NCBI GenBank assembly: GCA_050613775.1
Contig: JBODTK010000152.1
Coordinates: 248,001-312,000 of the forward strand
Source: Neocallimastix sp. 'constans'
Taxonomy: Eukaryota
DNA: 64,000 bases
Reading direction: 5' to 3'
A program made the position numbers and the translations under genes. The notes below the pieces were generated by a model, which was not told where the DNA came from, did not search any database, and saw only the letters and a list, made by a program, of their open reading frames with translations. Below, one piece after another: positions 53,535-64,000 of the stretch (positions are counted from its first letter, which is position 1; each line of letters begins with the position of its first letter).

Positions 53535-56500
53535 GAATGATTAGTATCGATAGTATTAATAATTATTTTATTAGTATTAACTATATATTTATTATTATCA
53601 CTAATTGTATTAATATTTTCTGTATTTGAATCATTTATTTTATTATTTATTATTGTTGCAATATTATCCTCATTCGTCTTATATTTTTCATTAAAAATAT
53701 TAATATTTTCATTATTGTTTAGTATTTTCTTGTTTATTTCAACCTTATCACTTTTTTCATCATTTTTATGGTTTTCAGATTTATTACCTTTTTCATCATT
53801 TTTAATTTCATTATTTTCATTATTTTCATTATTTTTATTATTTTCATTATTTTTATCATTTGTATTGTTTTCATCATTTTTATTGTTTTCATTATTTTTA
53901 TTATCTTCATCATTTTTATTATCTTCACCATTTTTATATTCTTCAACGTCGTTTTTATATTCTTCAACATCATTTTTCTTAGTACTGGTATCTAGTGCTT
54001 TAATAAAATCACGTTGTAGTTGAATTAAATCTAAAGATTCATCATTTTCATCTAACCTTTTGAAAATAATAATATTCATCTTTTCTTTTGACTTTGATTT
54101 AGTAATTTTTCTAACTTTATCATCATCATTTATTTTTTTTGGTCTAGATGATAAATTATTATTAATTAATACTGTATTAGATATTGTATTAGATGAGTTG
54201 ATATCAACATTAGAATTTTTTTCTGTATTGTATGAATTGTTAGCATTAATATTATATGAATTATTAGTATTAGTATTATTTGTATTTGATTGAACTATAT
54301 TCTTATTATTTAATATATTAATCGTATTAGGTGATGAATTAATAGAATGTACTACTGTTGTATTTGTATTTGTATATGTATTTATAATTGGTGTTGTTGA
54401 TGTTGTTGGTGTTTGAGCTGTTACTGTTGAAAATGAATTTTTTGGATTTTGGGTATTGATTGAATTAATATTAGAAACAATTAAAGGTGAGACTGGTGAT
54501 AAATTTCTAGTAGTTGGATTGATTTTATTATTATTAGTTGAATTTATTGTCACAGTGTTATTAGATAGAGTATTTGGAAGTGGAAGTGGAGCATTTAATG
54601 GTAAGTTAACCATGTTAGAATTTGTTATTTTAGGTACTAATGTCAATAACGGTTGACTAGATGATATAGAAGGAGGTGATGATATGGGTAAAGGTAAATA
54701 CTGTGAATTTATAGGACGTACTAAAGTATTAGACGGAGATGGGATAGACTGAGGTAAAGAATAATTTGATAAATTAATATTTGATTGTGCATTTACAGGA
54801 TGTTGATTGATAATTGAATTCTGAGTTATAGGTGGGTGATTTCCTACATGTGTTGTTGTATTCAATAAATTAATATTTGATTGTGTATTGACAGGTTGTT
54901 GATTAATAATTGAATTTTGAGTTATGGGTAGGTAATTTCCTACATGTGTTGTTGTATTCAATATAGATGAAGAATTATTTCTTATTGATGACGTAATTGG
55001 ATTAATAATATTATTGAAAGATGATGTTAATATATAATTACTTTGAGAAGAATTATTAATTACAGGGATTCTATTATTTAAAGGATGAACTGTATTCATT
55101 AATGTTGGATTAAAATTTTTTAATGGATCTTGGTTTATTTGGGTTAAATTATTACCCGTTTCGATAGAATTTTTGTTTAATATATTAATGTTTATTAATG
55201 TATTTTGATTTAATTGTGTTATATTATTAGCTGGAGCTATAGGACTTATGTTTGTTACTGGTGTAATATTATTAATTACAGGTGAATTTATTGATGATAC
55301 AACAAGAGGGCTAGTAATAGCAGGTTGAATAGTATTTGAAATATATTTTTTGTTAGTATTGGTAAACGAAGTTTGAACATTATTTAATATATATGATTTT
55401 TTATTATTATTTGTAATGGAAGGTTGGACAGTATTTAATGTAGTGGTGGTTATGATATTTATATTTGCATTTGTATATGCATTTGTAGATAAATTTATTT
55501 CGTTATTAGGGTGAATATCTGTATTTTTAGCATTATATGAAATAGTATTAATGTTAGAAGTATTAATTATTGTTGTTGTATGAGAATTAGGTGTTGTAAT
55601 AGTATTAGTTTTTGGTTGTGTTGCCATTTTATCCGAGTTAGAAGAAGATGAATTTATTATAGTAGTTGAATTGATATTTGAATTTGGTAAAGAGATTATT
55701 TTTGTTGAAGCAATAGCTCTACTATTAGCAGTTGTTGCTGATACAATAGGATTATTGTGAGAAGGACTAAAATTTGATAAATAAATATTTTCATTGGTAA
55801 CCGAAGAGGCATTTGTAATTGTAGATTTTTGAGTATTATTACTAATTACTTGTGTAATTTTTGGTTCAGAAGATGAATTAATTTCACTTGTTAAATTAAC
55901 ATTACTTTTATTAATTAAATCAAATTTGCTACTATTATTACTAGTACTTTCATGATTATTATTGTTTAATATAGATGTTGATTTATCATTACTATTAGAT
56001 GTTGCTGTTGCTGTTAAGTGCGAGTTAACTATATCTTTTGAAAAGGGTGTGGTTAGATTAGAATTAGAATTTAATGAACTATTGATAATTTTATTTTTTG
56101 TTTTAATTGGATATTCGTTATAGAATTTAAATATTTCTGGAAATTCTGCTTTGAATTTTCCGTATTTTTTAGCTTTTTCTTTATATTTCGTTTGAAGATC
56201 CTCAATTTCGTTAGGATCAGAAGTTTTATTCATATTTTGAATAATAGCTTTCAATGATTTAATTGCTTCAACATAGTCAAAGAATGTAGGATAATACGGA
56301 TTAGTACGTTTTTCTTTTGATGAATTCGAATAAATTATTTTAGTTTTTGTTGTTGTTTCTCCTGCTCTTTTTTCATTATTATCATTATTATTGTTATTAA
56401 GAGTATTGTTATTATTAACATTACTAAAATTATTATTTTTATTATCATTATTTATAATATTGTCAATATTTGAAGCATTTTTTGAATTTTCTATATAATT

Positions 56501-56723
56501 ATTATTAATTAATTTTATTTTTTTGGCTTGATGATTCTGATTATTGTATGAAATATCAGGTGTATGTAAAGGTGAATCTATTTTTTTTTTCTTTAATTCT
56601 AATATATATATATATATATATAATATTTCATATACATATTAATTTTTAATAATTAATTCTAAAAAAAAAAAAAAAAAAAAAAAACAAATTTTAAGTATAT
56701 ATTCATTACAAACCTTTTTCCAT
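51368..56723 (-). CDS. large low-complexity (Asn/Ser/Thr/Pro, Glu/Lys) protein of unknown function, ~1746 aa
   Basis: The frame of ORF 51368-56254 stays open up to an AG acceptor at 56599. A candidate micro-exon ATGGAAAAAG|GT lies at 56723-56714. The C-terminal ~170 aa look globular; family not recognised. Confidence 0.7.
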
Positions 56724-57216
56724 ATTGAATTTATTATGTTTAATTATACATATATTTGGAGTATAATTTAAATTTATACTATATACTGTGTAGTATGTGT
56801 GTAAATGGAAATTTAATAGATATTAAGTTTTATGAAAATAATTCTAATTAATTATGAAAATTATATTAATAAATATTAAAATATTGATAGTAAAAAATTA
56901 AAAATGATTTTTTTTTTTCTCTAAATAAATTTTTAGAAATGCATTTTATTTAATTTTTATTTTATATACTTTAAAATTAAATATTTTTTATATGATAGAT
57001 TTTATTTAAAAATTAAAAACGAAATAAAATGTTATATTTTCATAAAAATTTTATAATATATTAAAAAAGATTTTGATTATAAAATATATTAATTTTACAA
57101 TTAAAATTTTTATTTTAATAATTTTGAACAATTTAATGTGAATTTCATATCGAATTTCTGAATTCATGTCATTTTATTATATATAAGCTATTAAAATAAT
57201 TATAATAATAACTGAA

Positions 57217-57254
<38 letters not shown>

Positions 57255-57491
57255 AGTAAAAATTAATATTATAATAAATACTGTATTTAAAATATAGAAA
57301 ATATATAATCCATAAACCAATTTTTTATATATAGATAAAACATAAAAATAAAAGATTATTTATTATTTACTAGTGTTTTTCTAAATTTTGCTATGTAATA
57401 ATTTAAAATCTTTATGTCCAAATTTTGATTTTAATTTATTAATTTTCTACTACAAAATTTATTAAATATCTATTAATTTATTTGAATTTTT

Positions 57492-57812
<321 letters not shown>

Positions 57813-58152
57813 TGTTAGCTTTATTAAATTTAGATCTATAATAATATTCCTTATGGAATATGGTATACAAGGGAAATAAGTGTATGATCTATCTTTCGGC
57901 TTTAAATAAGTAATAAAGTCACATGTTACAACATGCGTTTTCCATAACATAAAATAAATTAAAAATTAATTAAATAAATATTAAAAGATAATTAACATAG
58001 ATTTATACAAGACGATAGATCATAATACATTTAAGTAATCATTAAATATAAATAAATAAATACACATAAATATAAATAAATACTATAAATAAATAAATTA
58101 AATATATAGTTAAATTATGAGTGCAGTCAACACTCCCCCTCAAATAATATTT

Positions 58153-60366
58153 TTAGATAAAAATGTTGTTTGTAAATTTTTGTATCTTTGGTCCATTTGA
58201 GTCCTTGGTTAATATGTCCGCTAGCATGTTTTCAGTATCAATATATTCTAATTTTACTTTCTTCTTTGCAATATTGTCCCTGTTGAAATGATATCTTATA
58301 CTTATATGCTTTAATTTTGTATTTATTTCTCCGTTCTCCATTATTTTCTTACTTGCTTGATTATCTGTATAGATTTTAACAGTTATCCATTTGTTTAAAA
58401 TTTCTTTTATTATATTTCTAATCCATAATATTTTCTTTATATTTTCGGAAGTGCTTATGTACTCTGCTTCAGCAGTAGACGTAGCAACACTTGTTTGTTT
58501 CTTGGACAACCAGCATATCGGACTTGTTCCCATAAGTATTATTCCTCCTGAGGTAGATTTTCTATCTTCCAAACAGCCGGCAAAGTCAGAGTCGGTATAT
58601 GCAACAAGCTCCCCCTTTCCATTATATTCTATCTTAAATTCTTTGGTACTATTAATATATTTTAGAATATTTATTATTTTGTTCCAATCCGATATAGTTG
58701 GATTTTCACATTTTCTTGAAGCTTTATTTACAGCGAAAGCTATGTCAGGTCTAGTACATTTCGAAAGGTATATTAAGGAACCTATTGCGCTTTTGTAGAT
58801 TGTTTTATCGAAAGGTTTATTGTTTTCTGATATTTTATTATCACCAGTACATGGTGTTTTTCTTTTCTTTGTATTATCAATATTAAATTTATATAACATA
58901 TTATTTATAAAATTTTTTTGTGAAATAATATATGAATTATTTTCTTTCTTTACTTCAATTCCTAATATGTATTCAATTGGATCACATTTAGATATTTTAA
59001 ATTTTGATTTTATTTTATTTATTATTTGTTTAATGTATTCGTTTTCTCCAGCGATGACCATGTCGTCCACGTATAAGCCGATAATGCATTTTGTTATATT
59101 ATTTTTTGTAAATTTGAAAATACATTGTTCGGATTTAATTTGAATGAACTCATTTTTTATTAGGAATTTTCTAATGGTATTATACCATTGTCTACCAGAT
59201 TGCTTAAGGCCATACAAAGCTTTGTTGAGCTTCCAATATCCCCGCCCAAAGCGCGTATCGCCTTTAGGAATAGTAGTATAAATATCTTTATCAAGCGGAG
59301 CATTAAGGTAAGCGGCCTTTATATCTAGCTGGAAAATATTCCACTTAAGAGCAGCAGAAATAGCGAATATTAATTTAAGACCATCAATGTTTAGAGTAGG
59401 AGAATAAGTTAATTCATAATCGATTCCCCATTTTTGTTTAAATCCACGAGCAACTAAACGAGCTTTATATTTATAAATATTATTATTTGAATCACGTTTA
59501 GTGTTGAAAACCCATTTTGTGGTAATGATGTTTTTGTTTTTAGGTACATTTTTAACAAAAGTCATAATATTATTAGAATAAAGGTTATTAAGTTCATCAT
59601 TAATAGCCTCAATCCAGTTATTTTTGTCTTCACTGTTTATTGCTTCTTCATATGTATTAGGAATGTGACAAAATATAGAAGCAATAATAATGTCGTTGAT
59701 TTGGTCTAGTTTTCTACGAGAACTAATATTAGTAGGTGCAGTCTCTTTATATTTTGGACTAAGTGGTCTTTTATGGATATTGCCATATTCTGTATTGGCT
59801 ACAATGTCATCCATAATTTCATCTTTATTAAAATCAATAACACTTGATGCATCTATAAGAGATTTATGGGCATAATTTTCTTTGTTTACTATATTATTGT
59901 TGCTAAATTTATTATTTATTTCGTTATTATTAGTAAGTGAAATTTCGTCTGATTTTTGAGAAATTTGGTTGGTTGAAGAATCGGTAATTAAAGGTAAATT
60001 CTGATTAATATTATATGGAAGAGTTATATTTTTAAGATTTTCCATTACCATATTTTTATTATCTGAAGGAATATTATTGATATCTATTGTAGGAGTGGAG
60101 AAATTATAGTTTTTCTTCATAGAGTCGCTGGATTTTGAATTTTGTTGAATTAATTTATTATTTTTCGATAAAAAATTTTTATTAATAAAATTTTGATCAT
60201 TTTTTGGAAAATTTTTGATATTCATTGATTTATTTGAATTATTAATAGATTTATGTGAATCATTATTGTTGTCATATGTAATATGTGATTCATTAGTGTT
60301 ATTTGAAATTATTGAATTATTTGAAAATTTTTTGATATGATATGAATATGATTTTGCTTCAGCCAA
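58153..60366 (-). CDS. copia Pol C-terminal part: reverse transcriptase + RNase H
   Basis: YKARLVARGF, QLDIKAAYLNA, LNKALYGLKQSGRQW, LYVDDM, YTDSDFAG, STAEAEY and ADILTK. Confidence 0.93.
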   Translation of the reverse strand: MAEAKSYSYHIKKFSNNSIISNNTNESHITYDNNNDSHKSINNSNKSMNIKNFPKNDQNFINKNFLSKNNKLIQQNSKSSDSMKKNYNFSTPTIDINNIPSDNKNMVMENLKNITLPYNINQNLPLITDSSTNQISQKSDEISLTNNNEINNKFSNNNIVNKENYAHKSLIDASSVIDFNKDEIMDDIVANTEYGNIHKRPLSPKYKETAPTNISSRRKLDQINDIIIASIFCHIPNTYEEAINSEDKNNWIEAINDELNNLYSNNIMTFVKNVPKNKNIITTKWVFNTKRDSNNNIYKYKARLVARGFKQKWGIDYELTYSPTLNIDGLKLIFAISAALKWNIFQLDIKAAYLNAPLDKDIYTTIPKGDTRFGRGYWKLNKALYGLKQSGRQWYNTIRKFLIKNEFIQIKSEQCIFKFTKNNITKCIIGLYVDDMVIAGENEYIKQIINKIKSKFKISKCDPIEYILGIEVKKENNSYIISQKNFINNMLYKFNIDNTKKRKTPCTGDNKISENNKPFDKTIYKSAIGSLIYLSKCTRPDIAFAVNKASRKCENPTISDWNKIINILKYINSTKEFKIEYNGKGELVAYTDSDFAGCLEDRKSTSGGIILMGTSPICWLSKKQTSVATSTAEAEYISTSENIKKILWIRNIIKEILNKWITVKIYTDNQASKKIMENGEINTKLKHISIRYHFNRDNIAKKKVKLEYIDTENMLADILTKDSNGPKIQKFTNNIFI

Positions 60367-60388
60367 TAGATTTTCTTGAATTTTTTCA

Positions 60389-63300
60389 TCATTTTTTGAA
60401 AAATTTTTTATTATTAAAATTTTTTTTCATATTATTATTATTTATTGTAAAATTCTGTAAATTTTGGCTTGATTTTTCATTATTTAAAAATATTTTATTT
60501 TTATCAAAATTTTCAAATTCGGTTATTTTTTCTTTTCCTTTGTTCCTGCTGGAAGTTGAGGCGGCGTAAGCAGGATCTTCTGGTTTATATTTTTCAATAA
60601 TGTTAGAATTAAAATTGGTATTCTTAGTATTATTTCTAAACTTTTTATTATAATTTTTATTTATTATTTCTAAATTTCTATTTATCTCATTCAAATAATT
60701 ATTTTCAGAATTATTTTTGTCAACATTGTTGAAATTGAATTTCAATTTAAATTCACAATTATTTTTATTTTTAATTTCAGGATTAATTTTAGAATTAATT
60801 TCAACATCTTTATTTAAATTATGGTTATTTTTCTGGTTTATATCTTTATTATCAAATTCTTGATTTTCTTCATTTAACGATATATTATTGACATGCTTAT
60901 TTTTAATGTAATTACTTTTATGTTCTGTATTAGTAGTCCTTTCATTATTAATATTTTCATTTAAACTGTTTTCTTCATTTAAGATGTTTCTTCCATTAAA
61001 ATTATTTTCATTGTTCATATTATTATCTTCATTTATATTATTATCTTCATTTATAATATTATCTTCTGGATTCATATCTTTTCTATTGTTGTCTTTCATA
61101 AATGAGAAGTAAGAGTCTTTATAATTGCTTGTTTCGTATTTGTGTTTACTAGGCTCTTCTTCAACGAATTCTACATCGTTAGTATAATGTATTTTATTAT
61201 TTTCAATATCCATGATAATATATGAATATTTTTTATCATCAAATCCCAAGAATACGCCCTTCTTAGCATTTGGTAAAAATTTTGATTTGTGTTGTGTATC
61301 ATCCCTGTAATAACACACACAACCAAAGGTTTTTAAATGTTTTAACTCTACCTTTTTGTTGTAAAATACTTCATTGGGTATTAAAAATTTATTTCCTGAA
61401 TGGGGAATTAAGTTATATATGTAGCATGCCTGTTTTATGGCGAAATTCCAAAAGTTTTCTGATAATTCTGCCCAATATAGAAGAGTTTTAGCTGAATTTC
61501 TAAGAGTTCTGTTTATTCTTTCAGCTTTTCCATTAACTTCAGGACAACCTGGGGGAGAATAGGTTTTTTCTATTCCATTTTCTTTACAGTATTTATTAAC
61601 TGTTTTATTTTTAAATTCCTTTCCTCCATCTGATTTAAATATTTTAATATTATATTCTTCAAATTGGTTATTTAAGTACTTGAAGAATTCCACAATTAAT
61701 TCGGGAGCTTCGGCTTTAGATTTTAAAGTATATATCCATACTTTTCTTGAGAATTCATCCATGAATGTAATAAAGTATTTTTTATTATTGATAGATGAAT
61801 TGTATGGACCTGAAATGTCTGAATGTATTATTTCTAATATTTTCGTAGCTTTTGGTGTTTTTCCTCCGTGTGATTTCCTTGACATTTTAGCTACTTTACA
61901 TTCTATGCATTTAGGAGTTTTTATTTGGTGTAAACTTAGATATTTGTTTATGTTTTCTAGGTAATAATGACCTAGTCTTCTATGCCAAATTTCAAGGCTT
62001 TTTTCATCAACTTCGTTTAAAGCCATAATATTTTTATCCTTTTCTTCAAAGTTTTTATTAATCTTGTAAGTATTTACTAAGAATTGATTATCATTTGTAG
62101 AATAATAAGTTCCTATATATACATTATTTGGACCCCATAAGTTAAATCTACCACGTGTATAATCATCAGTGTCAATAATGACTCTATATCCAATTTTGGC
62201 CAGTTCTATTCCACTAATAAGATTTTTAGTTGCAGATTTTGAATATAATACCCTGTCTAGTCGTACATATATTCCATTAATGTAACATTCGTAAGTACCA
62301 TATCCTTCGAAGCTACACATTGTCCCATTGGCACATCTTAACTTTATTTTGCAGTGAATAAAATTATTTAGCAAATTAAAATCATTAGTTATATGTTCTC
62401 CAGCACCAGTATCATATAACCATTCACTAGTCTTATCATTTTCTTCATAATAATTGATGTTGTTTACATATAATTCCTCTTTTTTATTAGGAATTGTTAT
62501 TTCCTTTGGAATAATAAAACTATCATTCACGTATTCAATTAATCCAGAAAATTTAACCTTATTGTTAATGTTTATTTCTTCTTGTTTTTCTATCAGTGTC
62601 CTTGCGTCTTCAAAATCAAAATTATCGTCATAACTACTGGCACTGTCTGGATCAGAAATTTTACTTATTAAATGTAAAGACTTCTTTGGATGATCATTTA
62701 ATGTGGTCTTTACTTGAAGCTTTTCTTGCCTCCCTTTATTATGATTTGACTTCGTCTTCATATTATATATGCAGTTTCTGGTAGAGTGTCCTTTAACTTC
62801 ACAAATGTGACAATATGATTTATTATTATTGTCTTTGTTACTATTATCTTTATTATTATTGTTATATTGGTTACCATTTTGCTTTCCTCTTTTCTTAGAG
62901 TTAGAGCTTTTGTTATTATGGTTGTTGTGTTCATTTTTCTTTGAGGAATTACTAGTTCTTCTTCCTCTACTGATAAAATCTAGATCCATTGGATCATCTT
63001 TTTCAATGGTTTTGTTATCTTCCCAATTTTCTAGGTAAGATTTTGCATAAATAAAACTTTTGAGATTATTAATATATACATTAGGGTCACTATTCAAATT
63101 AATTTGAATGATATTTTTATAATCATCCGGTAGTACGTTATAGAGATATTTTAATTTTTCCTTATCAGTGATCTCCACATGTTGTTCTTCCATATCATCG
63201 AAAGTTTCTTTCATAAGTTCTAGCTTTTCGATGATTTGATTTCTATCTCTGGCTTTAATACTTCTTAATCTTTTAAGCCAGTATTCCATATCAGCATTTG

Positions 63301-63778
63301 AATTTCCATATTTTGATTTGAGTCTTTCCATTATACGGAAACCATTATTAAGTCTGCTGATTTCTCTTAAAACAGAATCATCGACATTCTTACTGATCAT
63401 GAGTATCATGTCAGCATCGATCCTTTCTGCTTCCTCAACTAATCTGATATGAATAAGAGGATTACCAAAAAAGTTAGTTAGCTGAGTATTAATATCAACA
63501 TTATTGTTTCGATTAACCTCAGCATTATTGTTTCGAATAGGTTCGGCAGGAGCTTGCGGTAACATTTTGGTAATTAATTTAGTAATTACCTTGTTGATAA
63601 CATCGTTGACATTGGGGTTGTAATCAAAACCTACATCATTAAGTTTTCCAACGACGTCGACTTCCATGAATTCCTTAATACCTTGACGTTTAGCGGCATT
63701 GTCAATAAGGAATTTCCACTCATTAAAGTTGGATTTTCCATGGAGGCGTTGGTCCTTAGCTAAGTTAAAGTCTTGCAT
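60389..63778 (-). CDS. copia Gag-protease-integrase
   Basis: CCHC knuckle CHICEVKGHSTRNC, protease WLYDTGA, WHRRLGH..CIEC, integrase IHSDISGP / KSDGGKEF / NGKAER, GVFLGF. Confidence 0.95.
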   Translation of the reverse strand: MQDFNLAKDQRLHGKSNFNEWKFLIDNAAKRQGIKEFMEVDVVGKLNDVGFDYNPNVNDVINKVITKLITKMLPQAPAEPIRNNNAEVNRNNNVDINTQLTNFFGNPLIHIRLVEEAERIDADMILMISKNVDDSVLREISRLNNGFRIMERLKSKYGNSNADMEYWLKRLRSIKARDRNQIIEKLELMKETFDDMEEQHVEITDKEKLKYLYNVLPDDYKNIIQINLNSDPNVYINNLKSFIYAKSYLENWEDNKTIEKDDPMDLDFISRGRRTSNSSKKNEHNNHNNKSSNSKKRGKQNGNQYNNNNKDNSNKDNNNKSYCHICEVKGHSTRNCIYNMKTKSNHNKGRQEKLQVKTTLNDHPKKSLHLISKISDPDSASSYDDNFDFEDARTLIEKQEEININNKVKFSGLIEYVNDSFIIPKEITIPNKKEELYVNNINYYEENDKTSEWLYDTGAGEHITNDFNLLNNFIHCKIKLRCANGTMCSFEGYGTYECYINGIYVRLDRVLYSKSATKNLISGIELAKIGYRVIIDTDDYTRGRFNLWGPNNVYIGTYYSTNDNQFLVNTYKINKNFEEKDKNIMALNEVDEKSLEIWHRRLGHYYLENINKYLSLHQIKTPKCIECKVAKMSRKSHGGKTPKATKILEIIHSDISGPYNSSINNKKYFITFMDEFSRKVWIYTLKSKAEAPELIVEFFKYLNNQFEEYNIKIFKSDGGKEFKNKTVNKYCKENGIEKTYSPPGCPEVNGKAERINRTLRNSAKTLLYWAELSENFWNFAIKQACYIYNLIPHSGNKFLIPNEVFYNKKVELKHLKTFGCVCYYRDDTQHKSKFLPNAKKGVFLGFDDKKYSYIIMDIENNKIHYTNDVEFVEEEPSKHKYETSNYKDSYFSFMKDNNRKDMNPEDNIINEDNNINEDNNMNNENNFNGRNILNEENSLNENINNERTTNTEHKSNYIKNKHVNNISLNEENQEFDNKDINQKNNHNLNKDVEINSKINPEIKNKNNCEFKLKFNFNNVDKNNSENNYLNEINRNLEIINKNYNKKFRNNTKNTNFNSNIIEKYKPEDPAYAASTSSRNKGKEKITEFENFDKNKIFLNNEKSSQNLQNFTINNNNMKKNFNNKKFFKK

Positions 63779-63839
63779 GATTTCGGAGCGGTGAAGCGAA
63801 TTAATTAAGTACTTTTAATAATAAATAATATGAGTCAAC

Positions 63840-63853
63840 TGAGACTCTTAATC
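63840..63853 (-). promoter_or_regulatory. copia primer-binding site complementary to the tRNA-Lys(CUU) anticodon arm
   Basis: + strand TGAGACTCTTAATC directly abuts the 5' LTR and matches, from memory, eukaryotic tRNA-Lys(CTT) positions ~27-40 (stem TGAGA, loop CT-CTT-AA). Confidence 0.75.
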
Positions 63854-64000
63854 TGTTAGCTTTATTAAATTTAGATCTATAATAATATTCCTTATGGAAT
63901 ATGGTATACAAGGGAAATAAGTGTATGATCTATCTTTCAGCTTTAAATAAGTAATAAAGTCACATGTTACAACATGCGTTTTCCATAACATAAAATAAAT

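Larger units (their letters stand above)
57813..64000 (-). mobile_element. young Ty1/copia LTR retrotransposon (5' LTR truncated by the window edge)
   Basis: LTR 57813-58132 (TGTT...AACA, 320 bp) is repeated from 63854 with 1 mismatch in the 147 visible bp. PPT GAGGGGGAG at 58133-58141. Domain order gag-PR-IN-RT-RH. Confidence 0.97.

Noticed and set aside
51990..54656. Several + strand hydrophobic ORFs
   Set aside because: Antisense shadows of the low-complexity minus-strand gene.
60385..60415. Programmed -1 ribosomal frameshift in the copia
   Set aside because: Joining the ORFs needs +1, the site is between IN and RT rather than gag and pol, and a homopolymer indel is the simpler explanation.

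Overview
Extremely AT-rich eukaryotic DNA with short GT-AG introns, fungal-type homocitrate synthases and huge microsatellites. I infer an anaerobic gut fungus (Neocallimastigomycota). Host genes: a convergent pair of homocitrate synthases, a divergent pair of near-identical HSP20 genes with a third decayed copy between them, a 6-exon CRAL-TRIO/Sec14 (Csr1-like) gene, and a ~1750-aa low-complexity protein. Mobile DNA: nested LINE remnants, a ~6.5-kb Mutator-like element with long TIRs, a mini-MITE, a probable solo LTR, a decayed copia and a young, nearly intact Ty1/copia whose primer-binding site matches the anticodon arm of tRNA-Lys(CUU). The standout is a tandem pair of intronless genes (30774-32189, 34003-38463) derived from bacterial, Firmicutes-like large serine recombinases. 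Both have lost the catalytic Ser/Arg residues and the zinc ribbon. Both have multiplied the DNA-binding recombinase domain into arrays, of 2 and 7 copies. They are candidates for a domesticated, modular DNA-binding protein family. All family assignments come from motifs read by eye; no searches were run.
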